DNA of 64,000 nucleotides from Mobula birostris (lineage: Eukaryota), in contig NC_092396.1 in assembly GCF_030028105.1 (NCBI RefSeq), forward strand, positions 20,481,820 through 20,545,819. Reading direction: 5' to 3'. Below are positions 25,830 to 38,815 of this stretch, in pieces (positions within the stretch are counted from its first letter, which is position 1; each line of letters starts with the position of its first letter). The position numbers and the translations under genes are program-made. The notes below the pieces were generated by a model, which was not told the DNA's origin, did no database searches, and saw only the letters and a program-made list of their open reading frames with translations.

Positions 25830-26021
25830 GTATGTATGGATAGAGGACTTCGGGAAAGCCTGCTTCCTGGTGTGCCTTCTAAATTCTTTGGCGATACATT
25901 TTGTGTTCTCAATTATACACGAGCAATAACATCACCCAGTTTTCTGTAGAAGGAAGACACTTTCTCAATACTTCTGGTGCAATTCAGCTGTTAATCTCAT
26001 TCTTCTCCTGCCTTGTGACAG

Positions 26022-26272
26022 AGTTATCACTCATTGCGACAGTTGGTCAAACTCTCCAAGCTTCAGGTTCCACAAGAAATCAAAGACGTCATTGAACCAA
26101 TCAAGGATAATGATGATGCTATTAGAAATTATGGTATTGACTTGGCCACTGACATATGCAGGGTTCTACTGAAATCGGGATTGGTCCCAGGGCTCCACTT
26201 CTACACCCTGAACCGAGAGGTGGCAACCATCGAGATCCTGAAACGACTCAGACTGTGGACTGAGGACCCTAG
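26022..26272 (+). CDS. MTHFR: MTHFR coding exon 5
   Basis: 251 nt, [14 protein letters not shown]...[11 protein letters not shown]...WTEDPR. Confidence 0.97.
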
Positions 26273-26625
26273 GTGGGCTTGAACAAAAAAAAAATCTAAC
26301 TGTGTACATGATTTCTACCATTAATAAAGCTCAGGCTAGCAGAAACCTTAATGGGCCAACTACCCATTTTGCAAAATATTAAATTCTAAATGTCCCTGCC
26401 TTCCATAGTTTATTGATTAATTTGTATTACTAATAAAGTTCATCAATGTTTATTTTATCAGAAAAAAATATTATTACTTTACCATGATGGTACTGTAAAT
26501 GTATTCTGACAACTCCAGGAATTAACCACTTAGATATTTCCTAGCTTTGGATCACACCTTGCAAAGTTGTTACGAAGCGAAGTTGCGGGTAAACCTTTTA
26601 ATTCTTAAACTCTTTGCTTTCCCAG

Positions 26626-26760
26626 GCGAGCCTTGCCCTGGATCGTTAGTGCCAATCCAAAGCGAAAGGTTGAGGATGTCCGACCAATATTTTGGGCTTC
26701 AAGACCAAAGAGTTACATCTACAGAACCCAGGATTGGGATGAATTCCCAAATGGAAGATG
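26626..26760 (+). CDS. MTHFR: MTHFR coding exon 6
   Basis: 135 nt, RALPW...[30 protein letters not shown]. Confidence 0.97.
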
Positions 26761-27156
26761 GTATAGTCGTAAATTATTAGTCAAAGTCCAAAGTACATGT
26801 ATATCACTGTATATTAAGCTGAGATTCATTCTCTTCTGGGCATTCACAGTAGAACCATTTAAAACAGCACACAAAGACGGACAAACAATCAATGCACAAA
26901 AGGCCAACAAATTGTGCAAATACAAAATGAAAAAAAAAATAATAATAAGTAAGTACAAATATTGAGACCATGATTTGCAGAGTCCTTGAAAGTGAGTCCA
27001 GAGGTGGTGGAATCAATTCAGTGTTGGCGTAAGTGAAGTTATCCGCTCTGGTTCAGAAGCCTGATGTTTGAGAGGTAATAACTATTCTTAAACCTGGTGC
27101 TATGACATCTAAGGCCCCCTGTGCCTCCTTTCTGATGACAGTAGCGATACGAAAGG

Positions 27157-27604
27157 ATGGCCTGGAGAAGATTTACCAGAATGCTCATGGATTATGATCA
27201 GAGATTAAGGGAGCTAGGGCTTTACTCCTTGGAGAGAAGGAGGATGAGAGGAGACATGACAGAGGTATACAAGATATTAAGAGGAATAGGTAGAGTGGAT
27301 AGCCAGCACCTCTTCCCAAGGGCACCACTGCTCAATACAAGAGGACATGGCTTTAAGGTAGGGGGTGGGAAGTTCAAGGGGGATATTAGAGGAAGGTTTT
27401 TTACTCAGAGAGTGGTTGGTGTGTGGAATACACTACCTGAGTCAGTGGTGGAGGCAGATACACTAGTGAAATTTAGGAGACTACTAGACAGGTATATGGA
27501 GGAATTTAAGGTGGGGGGGGTATATGGGAGGCAGAGTTTGAGGGTCGGCTCAACAATGTGGGCCGAAGGGCCTGTACTGTGCTTTACTATTCTATGTTCT
27601 ATGT
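27157..27604 (+). mobile_element. Young CR1 LINE 3' fragment, same subfamily as 9094-10905, inserted in a Rex/Babar tail
   Basis: Near-identical to the reverse complement of about 9100-9550; TTCTATGTTCTATG tail. Confidence 0.9.
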
Positions 27605-28128
27605 AAGAGTCCTTGATTGATGTTGCTTTCCTGCGACAGTACTTCTGGTAGATGTGCTCAATTACTACTGTTTTAACAGTGAACTGTTGTGCAACACAAG
27701 TAAGATTCATAACACTAATAAATGTACAACTGTACATGTTTAGCCTAATGCCAGTTTTGGATTTGGTTAGTGGTGCACGTGGAACATCCACACTGTATTT
27801 ATGTGAAATCACAGAAAATACTGAGGAACATAATTCTCAATTCACGCCTTCCAGGGTTTGAAATTTGAGGATTGAGATGAAATGCCAGTTTGAAAAGCTG
27901 GTGGTTACAAGCCTTCCATTTTAAATTTGAGAAGATGAACATGGACTAAAATGTGGATCCCTTGCATTGATATCAGTCCCATCATAAATTCATGAGCACT
28001 TAATTTCCCAAGTAAACAATTATACAGAAGATATTTACTGATTCAAATCAACTCTTTAACCAGTATTTTTTTCATCAAACAAATGGCTGAGAATTTGTGT
28101 GGGGTACTTGTTGCAATTGATATTTCAG

Positions 28129-28309
28129 GGGGAACTCGTCATCTCCTGCGTTTGGTGAGTTGAAGGATTACTACCTTTTCTATCTGAAGCAAAAGTGTCC
28201 CAAGGAGGAATTGCTGAAGATGTGGGGAGAAGAACTGGTAGATGATAAAAGTATCTTTGACGTCTTCACAGCATATATTAGTGGGAAGCCCAACAGCAAT
28301 GGGATAAAG
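28129..28309 (+). CDS. MTHFR: MTHFR coding exon 7
   Basis: 181 nt, [20 protein letters not shown]...MWGEEL...NGIK. Confidence 0.96.
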
Positions 28310-29638
28310 GTAATAGAACTATCGTGACCAAATAAAAGACAACCCAAAAGATCTACAAAGTAATTACTTTGTGACTAGTTCTTAAGAAGAGCTAAATTAC
28401 GAAGAGTTTTCATAGCAGTTTATGAAAACATACAATTGGTTTAAAATGATATTATTTGATGGTGATTTCTAAGTTGCATCCAGTATTTGGCTATAACTTA
28501 TACCAGATTAAGTTATACAGAAGGGAAAATGAGGCTAACATTCTGCATGGGTTATATTGTAAAGGCAACAAAATGGTCGCTAATACCTGGTTAATGATAC
28601 TGATTCCAGGTAGAATGATCCAGAGGCTTGAGTTCAAATTGTTAAATTTGGATATTAAAATGAATCTGAATTTTAAAAACCTAGTATCTGTAAATACACT
28701 TGTGCATCTAAGTGAGCTTAATTAAAACTCCTCAGTAAATATCCTCTGGAAGAGGAAGTCTTGTATCTTTACTTATTCTGTCCCATGCGTGACTTCATAC
28801 CCATAGTAATATAGTTTTATCTATGTCTCAGCTAGCATTTCAGTTGAAGAGCAATTAGGGCAAGGCTATAGATGCTGACTCATGTCAGTAGCAGTTGTAC
28901 AATACATATGGGATTGTTGAACATCAGGACCTCCAGTGCCTGCCTTGATTTTGGTAACACCTGTTGTCTCATCTGAACATTAGTAGGTATTTCAGATGGT
29001 TGCTTCCAGTACAATACATTTTGGAAACTTAATTAGCATGATTTGTCAATCAGGTATAAGGAATGCATTTTTCTCCAGGGAGGATTCAAGTAACAGTCAT
29101 ATTGGTAATAACGTTCTGTACTATGACTCTTCCATACATTATGTCTGGTCTTGTCTGTTCTTCAATTTAAATCCAACAGAAATTATATCAATCTGAGTAA
29201 ATGAGATGTTTTATCACCAAATGCCAGAGAAATTCAGATTAAGAAGATCTTTAAGCCAATGGTTTAGAAAATTTGACTTGAACTTGAGTTTACTTAACAA
29301 TAAGTTCTGATGGACAAGAGCTTGGATGCTAGAACACAATTTCCTTCTCTCTCACTGTTTTTTCAAAACAGAACAGTAGCTATCACACTCGAGTGATTTT
29401 TCTCAGAAAAAGTTACTCTTCATTCTACCCTACTCTCCTACTATCTTGTGTCACGCAATAATATGTGGTAACTCAGAATTCATGTGTAGTGCTAGTTAAG
29501 CATGTATCCAGCTGAAGTAAGCCATATAACCCTGGCATTGTTCTTGCTTAGAGATCAATACTCAAGAGTTGTACAACCAATCCAGCCCAGCTCTTAAACA
29601 GAAATAAAACCCTGTACCTCTGATTTGTACATTCTCAG

Positions 29639-29821
29639 GTGACCTGTTTGCCTTGGAATGACGATGCCCTGGCACCAGAAACATCCTTGATGAAGGATGA
29701 ACTGGAGAAGGTGAACAAAATGGGAATTCTCACCATCAACTCCCAGCCCAACATTAATGCAAAACCTTCAACTGATCCATATGTGGGCTGGGGGCCTGAG
29801 GGAGGCTATGTATTTCAGAAG
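29639..29821 (+). CDS. MTHFR: MTHFR coding exon 8
   Basis: 183 nt, VTCLPWND...GILTINSQP...[13 protein letters not shown] (SAM-binding regulatory domain). Confidence 0.97.
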
Positions 29822-29950
29822 GTAAGAAAACAGTATCACTGAGGATAAAGGATCAGAATTCCTCGATTACGAAGCTCAGCCGTGTGAAAATGGACCATGA
29901 GTTAAGGAATCTTGTCATCCTAAGCATTAATCTTGCTCTTCCTATTTTAG

Positions 29951-30052
29951 GCCTACCTGGAGTTTTTCACCTCCTCAGAAAATGTATCTACTCTACTCAA
30001 AGTTCTTCAGAAGTACAAAACACGTGTGAACTACCAGATTGTAAATGTGAAG
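29951..30052 (+). CDS. MTHFR: MTHFR coding exon 9
   Basis: 102 nt, [34 protein letters not shown]. Confidence 0.96.
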
Positions 30053-30351
30053 GTAAGAGGTTATCCATGCCAGATTGAATCACCAATCATGGATTAAAGG
30101 CAGTAATCAAATTTCACTTGTTCTGTGTGGAATGGTGCTAGAAGTCAAGGTGCAGTTTGTTCCTTTGCTTCACATTAATAGAGAGACTCTGGGTAACATA
30201 ACTAATCTCCCAATCATTGTCATCAATGGTGATAGTGGCACTCAACCAGTATAAGACTGGCAGCTCCTTTGCCCTAGAGTGGGGGTTTGCAACCTGGGGT
30301 CCATGGAGCCCTCGGTCCACGGTATAAAAAAGGTTGAGAATCCTTGTGCTA

Positions 30352-30810
30352 AAGGGACTTTCATTCTGGGGATGAAAGGGTTAGCATATGAGAGGTCTTT
30401 AGTTCTGGGACTGTACTCGCTGAAGTTTAGAAGAATTGGGGGGGGGGGGTGAAGTCTCATTGAAACCTATTGAATATTGAAAGGCCTAGATAGAGAAGAT
30501 GTTTTCAATAGTGAAGGAGTCTAGGACCAAAGGGCACAGCCTTAAAATACACAGCATATCTTTAGAAGAGGAATGAGAAGTTTCTTTAACTAGAGCGTGG
30601 TGAATCTTTGGAATTCATTGCCAGAGATGGTTGTGGAAGCCAAGTCATTGGGCTTATTTAAAGCAGAGGATGAGAGGTTCTTGATGTGTCAGGCAACAAA
30701 GGTAACAGGGAGAAGGCAGGAGAATGGGGTGAGAGGGATAATAAATCAATCATGATCAAATGGCAGAGTAGATTCAAGAGGTCGATTGGCCTAATTCTGC
30801 TATTGTCTCA
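30352..30810 (+). mobile_element. Degraded CR1 LINE 3' fragment
   Basis: Homologous to the fragments at 40295-40695 and 63881-64000 (GATCTCATTGAAACCTAT motif). Confidence 0.75.
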
Positions 30811-31062
30811 TGGACTTTCATCGAGACCAGCAAACCAGCCTGAACTGGATCTGGTAGTGGAGGACGACAAACTGTGTTTGCAGTGGACATGGACACCATG
30901 GAAAGTTAATTGGTAACAATCCACTTTATGGAATACTGTGTTGATTTTTAGACTGTTGCTGAGAGGTAGTATTGTATCAAATCTACCACAGCTAGTAAGG
31001 ATTACAGCTGTTTTCTCTCTGCTTCATGAACTAACCTTGTACTATGTGCAACCTTTCTGCAG

Positions 31063-31182
31063 GGTGAGAATATAAATAATGCGTTTGACATGCAGCCAAT
31101 TGCAGTTACATGGGGTATCTTTCCTGGACGTGAGATAATCCAGCCCACGGTGGTTGATCCTATCAGCTTCATGTACTGGAAG
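31063..31182 (+). CDS. MTHFR: MTHFR coding exon 10
   Basis: 120 nt, [40 protein letters not shown]. Confidence 0.97.
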
Positions 31183-31490
31183 GTAATGAGAATCAAACAC
31201 TTTGGAGTAAAAATAACACCTGAAGTTGATAGTCCTTCTACTGCAGTTGGCCTCGGTGCCTTGGTTAGCAGCTCCCAAAACATTGCTTTGTGATTCATCT
31301 GTTATCCTGAGTGGTTAACAATCAACGATAATTTATTTCCAGTATTTTCACTAATATCCTCATCCACAAATTGTATTAAATGGTATTTAAAAAAAACATT
31401 TGGACTGTTGAGAAGGGGAATGTCTATATTTGTGGAGTTGGGGATGAGGAAACAGTTTACAGACTTGGTAATGCTGTGATTTGTTCTTAG

Positions 31491-31721
31491 GATGAAGCCT
31501 TTGCCCTATGGATTGAGCAATGGGGGAAACTATATCCAACTGGCTCTCGCTCTCAACAGATAATTCAAGATATTCACGATCACTATTACCTTGTCAATCT
31601 TGTGGATAATGACTTTCCACTTGAGAACTGTCTTTGGCAGGTTATTGATGATGTATTTAAGTTAAAAGCATCAGAAAAGACTCCTGGTTTTCCAGCTTGT
31701 GACTTGCCAGTGGAGCCATGA
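31491..31721 (+). CDS. MTHFR: MTHFR last coding exon (TGA 31719-31721); spliced CDS 1962 nt, 653 aa
   Basis: [15 protein letters not shown]...[11 protein letters not shown]...PVEP*; all splice phases consistent. Confidence 0.96.
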   Translation, partial: DEAFALWIEQWGKLYPTGSRSQQIIQDIHDHYYLVNLVDNDFPLENCLWQVIDDVFKLKASEKTPGFPACDLPVEP

Positions 31722-33399
31722 AGTCTCAATGTCCAGGACTACTTGCACCATCAAATGGGCCTTAAATTCTGATGATTGCTGGGCCTTGTTATGGGAAGTA
31801 TACATCATCTCAGCCCTTTAACTGAACAGAATGGATTTCTGATAGTGTTTGGTGCTGTGTTTGCTGTGATTCTTGTCACTTTATACTGTGAACTTGCAGT
31901 ATTTGTACAACTTTCAGTGGAAGGATAGGATTGAATATGATCTTAATTCTGGTGAACTTTGTTTCTGGGAGATGATCTGTTTATTATGTTTCTGTACTGC
32001 CGTTGTTATATGGGGGTAGAGTTCAAAAACTTGTCATGTTTCAAATGATAATCTTGCATATGGAGGCAAAGGCGAGTATGTGGCAAGAGTCCGTAATTCT
32101 TACCTGAAGCCTGACTGCTTTTGCTGAATTTCCAGAGTTGTATCATTCAGTGTTGTCTAGACTAATCAGAGCAGGCAATTTTTATAGCGACTTTACTTCC
32201 CCTTCCCAGTTATCCACCTTTTGGATGTTGCACTGTGTAATAACTGAGACATTACACAGAAATGGCACACCAAGAGAAAGGAATATGGAAATAGTACACG
32301 TCAGCTGTCCCTGGTGATGTGGCCAACATAACTTGGGTCCCTTCCATTCAGTAATGACCCTGAACCAATACTGTTGTCTCACTGTAAACCCATATGAGGT
32401 TGATGTTGTGAGGTCAAAGGGTAGGAGAAGTTTGATGTGCAAGTCTAGCAGCCAGAACTAACAGTTTACAGCCTTTTAGCACTCTGCCTCCAGCTATTCT
32501 GATCTCTTCCCATTTTCATACTTGTCTTTTTGGCATTTGCTGAAAATTTAAAAATGTTTTTCCCCAATGTGCTATGAACATATATTATATATTCAGGTAT
32601 TAAAAATGCCCCTTTAAACTGGTTTAAGCATAGATCAGAATCTGTCTTAAATGAGTTGACCCTGTAATGGCAAAGCAACCTTGCTGGCTGCAAAGGTGCA
32701 GTACATTTCTATTAACAGGAATGAGTGAGAGTTTAGGGTCTCAGCATAAGTATGGCTGTGAATCTGTGTAATGGATTCTGCTATCTCCCACATGTAGTAT
32801 CTATGGAAATAATCTGAGCAACTTCAGGTAATGTGAAGAATCACATTGATTGGGGCTACAGGAATAACTCCCTCCTGTTCTTCCAGACAGTTATGGGATT
32901 TGTTTTATGTTCATCTGTGAGTGCAGACACGATTTCAAAACAGCAGTGAAGTGCCAACTTAGAGCTCTGTGTTCAAGCCATTGAAGAGGGGTATAAAGTT
33001 GTTTTTATCAGAATGCTGATAATATTTATCAATGAGGAAATACTTGTAAATGGGTGCTATATTTCTCTGAATTTGAACAGAAACTTCAATTCAAATAAAG
33101 TACATGGGTGGCTGAGCACTTTTAACAATTGAGAAAGAAAATAACTGGACAGAGGACTGGCATTGGCTGAGGCTGTGTATTCAAACAGGGCAGTGCAGTC
33201 AACCTTGCAAATCTCAACTACAAGCAGCGGTGATGACAAAACTAGAACAGCGATCTTCACACCAATCAAGATGCAATCTGTTACTGATGTACTCCTAGAA
33301 CCACAACTAGTGACAATATAGTGGACTCCTGAGTCTCAGTCCCAGAGAAAATCCTGTCCGACTAATCCTACGGGCTGGTACTATTGTGGTATTCAATAG

Positions 33400-33750
33400 A
33401 ATCAGATTTATTACCACTGACACACGTCATGAAATTCGTTTTGCAGTAACTGTACATTGTAATACATAAATTCCTCTGAGTTATAACAGGAATATAAAAA
33501 TAATAAATAAATAAAATCTGATAATGATACAAAAGGGAGCAAACTAGTGAGACAGTGTTCATAAGCCATTCAGAAATCTGATGGTGGAAGAGAAGGAGCT
33601 GTTTCTAAAATGGTGAATATGTGTCTTCAGTCTCCTAGGCCTCCTCCCTGATGGTAGTAATGAGGAGTGGGGGGGTGGGGGGGAACCAGCTGTTGAAAGT
33701 CTCCTTGATGGTGTGCAAGCCAGTGCCCATGCTGGAGCGGGCTGAGTATA
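33400..33750 (-). mobile_element. Rex1/Babar-type LINE tail fragment
   Basis: LLPSGRR.RRLKTH..HFRNS.F...IRFLNG. Confidence 0.65.
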
Positions 33751-34614
33751 CAACCTGACTCTTAGGAGCCATCAGGTCAAACGTGGGCAAGGAAGCTTTC
33801 TCTTGCTACCAATTATTCTCTCTCACTTAAATGACTACTTCATGTTACATAACTCCAGGAACAAGTAGTGACAGAAGCAAGGACACAGAACACACTCCAG
33901 CTGGGTACTTCGGTGTTCACCATCACTGACCAAACAAGGAGTCCTAAAGAACATGGCTGCCATTCTGGTAGTGACTATGTCAACTTAAAAAAAAGTAGTT
34001 TTTAAAATTATGTTAGCAAATTGCAGTAAAATTCACTAATTAAACTATTTAAGGTTTAGAAACTGAAGAACGATCTCCTGACAGTGAGTTCTTGCATTGC
34101 CTATGGCCTTTTGTGGGAGGGACACTTTGGGTAGTTCTCAACATTATTGGAAATTGTGTAGTTGGGAAGGCTAAGTGAGTTTGTAGGGCTAGTATGGGAT
34201 GACAGCAAGGCTAATGCAGTGGACTACAACCCTAGGCTTCATATGGGAAGTTGAAGAGAATCCATCAAACTTTAAAACAAAGCATCTATAATTATACTAT
34301 AAAATCAGTATTATTTATTAAAATGCTGTTTTGGTTAGTTTGAATGACTATGTTTGGTACATCTCATAAAACATCTGGAAGGCTCAGGCTATAGGAGTAT
34401 GTGAGATAATCACAAAGAAAGATTGACTGATCCAATGAGTATGGGGCCTCACAAAAACTTGTCAACTAGAGACATTAATGAGAATTTCATAACTTTGGTT
34501 TTATAGGAAGTTTGGAGCCCTGCATCTCAATTTTGTATTGAGATTAACATTAAGATTGTGGTAAGAGCCACTATCAATTATCACTATTACCCAATCCAAA
34601 AAAGGCAAGAAAAA

Positions 34615-34800
34615 AAAATGAGAATCTGCAGCTGCTGGAAATGCAGAGTAGCATACACACAATGTTGAAGGAACTCAGCAGATCAGGCACCATCCATAGA
34701 AAGGAATGAACAGTCATCGTTTCAGTCTGAGACCCTTCATCAGGGCTGGGAAGGGGGGGGGGAGAAGGACTAGAAGCTAGAAGGTAATGGGTGAATGGCA
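34615..34800 (-). mobile_element. Penelope-type terminal repeat fragment with hammerhead motif (34711-34748)
   Basis: Minus strand CAGCC-CTGATGA-AGGGTCTCAGACT-GAAAC-GAT-GACTG. Confidence 0.65.
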
Positions 34801-35546
34801 AAAATAAAACAATGGGCTAGTTAGAAAACTTTCATAGATTTCTCTTTGACTACTGAAGGTGAATGAACACCTGGACATAAGCTATGGATCTTAGGAGAGG
34901 TTACAATACCTAAAACTGATACTCACAAATCTCCATGAAAAATTTCCAATATAAAGTTACTGCTCTGTGTATTTTGGTAACAGACGACGTTTAAACTGAA
35001 AATGAACCAAGTAAACTTTTTGGTTCCTTTGGCAGGGCCAGTACATCACTACAATATGAGACCAGCCAATATTCTGGACAGCTTGGCTTCTGGGGTAGTT
35101 GAATTGTAATTTTGATATCATGGGTATAGGGAAGGAGAATCATATCTCGCTGATGTCATTGAGGGTGAGACGCATGATTGAAGAATCTCTTCAGACAGGA
35201 AATTGTTCTCTATTTCATATTTATTTGGCCCGACGCCTCACAGACTTTAAATAGCTACAATAATGCAGGTTTGTGCATCCAGCTTTGCATGATATACACA
35301 AGTTAAGAGGTCCCTAATCCACCCTTAAGTAAAGGAAGCCTGTTGGATATTAGTTGCTCTTCCTCATCATATTAAGGTCCACCAATCACAACTTTTTAGG
35401 CAGCTCCCCTGATATCCTCTATCTGATCATTGATAAAGATTATCAGACATAGCTGATTCCTTGGAAGGATCTATCAACGAAGTTGCCATCATTTGATTTT
35501 CTTCCTGCAGAAATTCAACCTGGTCCTCACTTGTTGCTAGATCCAC

Positions 35547-35680
35547 ACAGTCCTGAAGGGTTTCGGCCCAAAACGCCAACTGCACTTTTTTCCGTAGATG
35601 CTGCCTGGCCTGCTGAGTTCCTCCAGCATTTTGTGTGTGTTGCTCCGATTCCAGCATCTGCAGATTTCCTCTTGTTTGTA
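35547..35680 (+). mobile_element. Penelope-type terminal repeat fragment
   Basis: CAGTCCTGAAGGGTTTCGGCCCAAAACGCCAACTG plus the shared family body. Confidence 0.62.
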
Positions 35681-36779
35681 GTTCTTCTCAATGTACTGTT
35701 TATGGCACCTAATTCTGCTCTGAGGAATCTTTTAGTCCTCAGATATCCTAATTCAAAATCCTGTTTTCATGTACCAGGTTTCATTTGTTGCCAATCTTTG
35801 TTCCCAAGGATTTTTTTTTCCTTAAACCTAAAATATTGTTTCTGGTTTAGTCTAATGTTTTAATATGCATTTCTTTTCTTAAACTTCAGGGACAAACTGA
35901 AACACACTTCTCCAAGGATTGCTTTAAACTTTATTCTTATCCACAGCTGGTGAAAATGCCCTAATTTTACTGAAGTCATACATTTTACACAGATTGTTTT
36001 TCAACAGATAATGGTCCAAGCAACAATATTTTGGTCCCTATTCCTCTGAAAAAACACAGGGCTCTGGTAGCAATGAAGGGTCACCAATAAAACCAGGTAT
36101 GGTGTGGCACAGATCAGCTTTGTTAACCTGCAGTTAATATACATTTAGCTTTTGCATTCTGAGTGCAAGATCATCTGCTCTCATTGATTTGATCTTACCG
36201 CTCACATTGTGTTTGGCTTTTGTGTTTAAAGTGGTGATGGGCTATGTAACACCATGCATTTATGAATGGGAATTAAACTTTATAAAGATGCCACCACTGT
36301 ATATTCAGCTGTCACCCACTCTACCCTCTCCATATTTTCACTGCACTGCTCATTATTCTATTTTATCTTTCAACTGTTCAAATTCTCAAACAGTGTGAGC
36401 CTGAGTGAGAGAAAAGCAATCTGCTGCTGTAGAAACTAATGTTTTTATCCAATTAACAGGCAGAGGGTGTGTGAGCAATCAGTATATGATCTAAGGAATG
36501 AGCCTGGCAAGAGCAGTGAGTTCAAAAACTTAATGGATGCTTTGGGTGACACATGTCAGAACGGCCTCAGAATGAATTCCAGTAACACCGGCTGCTGTGT
36601 AGTCAGCCCTTCAGGATAATCATCTATCTTGTTTGACAGACAATAGAAAACTTTGTTGTCAGTGAAATATGTGCTCTACAATCTTACCAAGTACAAGTAC
36701 AAAAGTACAAAAGGGCAAGTACATATATCAAAACACTTACTAAAAAGCTAATTTTCCTTCTGCTGAAACTGACACATAC

Positions 36780-37050
36780 ACACTGGCACTGTTTTGAGGT
36801 CCTGTCCACTGTATGTTAAGAATCCCAAAGGCACCAGTTTAAAGTTCTCTCACGTTTCCTATCCAATGGTTATCCCTCAGCCAAAAGCTCTAAGCACCAT
36901 TTGATCATTAGCTCAATGCTACTTATGGAAAACCTCTGTACAAAATTATCTGTCAAATGTCCCACTTAACAACAGCAACTCTATTTCAAAAGTTCTTGTT
37001 CTGGACTAAGGTCAAGAAAGGTGCTTTGTAAACAAAAGTTTTTTTAAAAT
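36780..37050 (+). mobile_element. Ancient DeuSINE/SacSINE-like remnant
   Basis: TATCCCTCA.CCAA...ACAACAG..ACT..TTCAAAAGT...GAAAGGTGCT..TAAA.AAAGT pattern; similar remnants near 2700, 32850 and 59800. Confidence 0.35.
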
Positions 37051-37799
37051 TTCTTTTCCAGTGTGTGTGTCTCACTTCTTTGGGCATTACTGAATATCTT
37101 TAAGCTTTGTATTTCATGGAGAAAAGGATAAACTATTAATCTATGTGCAAGTTCAATTTATTGCTAGAACCATGTGGAGGGCTTTTGATACAGATTTGAG
37201 ATTATCTCTCAATCAAGACAAACCATTCCATTTTATCCAATTAAACACCACCACGTAACAGAACTGTCACACACACTTCTGATTAGAATAAGCAGAACTC
37301 TTGGCAAGTGAATACAAGTCCCAGACACAGTCATTGATTAGTTCAATCTTTAACTGTATCTTTAATCAGGATGTGATTCCCAAGTTGCACAGCAAAACCT
37401 GATTTTAGTCAAAATAGAAATAAGCTTTCTGGAAGAAGTCCAAAACAAGTCAGCTGGGATTATCTGGTGAGTCCTTTTTGCAAAGTATGTATGTCTGTCT
37501 GTTTGTGAATCCACATGTTCATATCTGTATTTGAGCTCAGAAGGTGATTATGCTTGTGGTGTACTTAGTAACATACTCAATTAAATATTTTAAAAAACCA
37601 TTGCAGTCAGTATTGCAGTTGCCACAATGGAACCATGCCAAGCACAAGATTGTAATATCACAGGAATTAAAGCAGTACATTTACAAAATGTATCAGTATA
37701 TTTAATTTCAAGGAGATCGGGACATTTCCCATTTAAACTTAAACCAAGTTATTAAAAGAGTGGAACTAGATGAAGAATGACTGTGATATTATTTTGTTA

Positions 37800-37945
37800 C
37801 AAGCACAAGAAAATCTGCAGATGCTGGATGGAAATCCAAAGTAATACACATAAAATTGCTGGAAGAACTCAGCATGCTAGGCAGCATCTATGGAAAAGAG
37901 TAAACAGTCAACGTTTCGGGCCAAGACCCTTCAGCAGGACTGGAA
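37800..37945 (-). mobile_element. Penelope-type terminal repeat fragment with the best-preserved hammerhead (37905-37942)
   Basis: Minus strand CAGTC-CTGCTGA-AGGGTCTTGGCCC-GAAAC-GTT-GACTG. Confidence 0.68.
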
Positions 37946-38282
37946 AAAAATATTATTTTGTTTCTGCTTTACACTCAGTCGTCAATATTGCATCAAACTA
38001 CAGCCAGCTACACGGAACTAGATTAAATTTGTTAAAATTACTTTGCAACTGGGTTGAGGCATTTTAAAAATCTACTCAAGCACAATTTTGTTCTAGCACA
38101 CTTGCACTCAGTGGAATGGAACTATACATAACATGAGTCTACATCTTCAAAAATGTAGGCATGTTCCATTTGACAGCAAATGGAAATTAACTTTAGGGCA
38201 TCACTTAATCGGACATCTTGATGTTCAGGAATGGAATTGTCGTGAGGGGACCATAATCTCATCTGTTTTTTATTGATGTAGG

Positions 38283-38815
38283 AACTGCTGTACCTAATAA
38301 AGTGGCCGCTAAGTGTATGCTCATGGTCGTCTTCCACTGCAGCCCATTCACCTCAAGGTTCCACGTGTTGTGTGTTCAGAGGTGCTCTCCTGTACACCAC
38401 TGTTGCAATGTGTGGTTATTTGAGTTACTGTCACCTTGAACCAGTCTGGCCATTCTCTGACCTCTCTCATTAACAAGGCATTTTTGCCCACTGAACTGTC
38501 CCTCACTAGACTTTTTTGTTTGCTTTTTGCACCATTCTCTGTGCACCCTAGAGTCTGTTATGTGTGAAAATACCAGGAGATCAGCAGTTTCTGAGATACT
38601 CGAATCAGTCCATCTGGCACCAACAACCACTCCACGGTCAAGTCATTTAGATCACATTTCTTCCCCATTCTGATGTTTATTCTGAACAGTAACTGAACCT
38701 CTTGACCACGTCAGCACGAGTTTATGCATTGAGTTGCTACTACATGACTGGTTGGTTAAATTTTTGTATTACTGAGCAGGTATACAGGTGTACCTAATAA
38801 AGTGGACACAGTGTA
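38283..38815 (-). mobile_element. Non-autonomous Tc1/mariner deletion derivative
   Basis: Remnant of a transposase N-terminal HTH (GARW..SISETADLL.FSH); terminal motif GTACCTAATAAAGTGG; homologous to 46308-46830. Confidence 0.75.

Noticed and set aside
28246-28252. Lys at the position of human MTHFR Glu429 (A1298C site)
   Set aside because: The surrounding segment is divergent (VDDK vs TSEE), so the difference is unremarkable
35340-35545. Protein-like minus-strand text (EDQVEFLQEENQMMATSLID...MSDNL), possibly a terminal exon or LINE ORF1 relic
   Set aside because: No splice acceptor; the ORF start comes from a repeat insertion; similarity to L1-type ORF1 too weak to call
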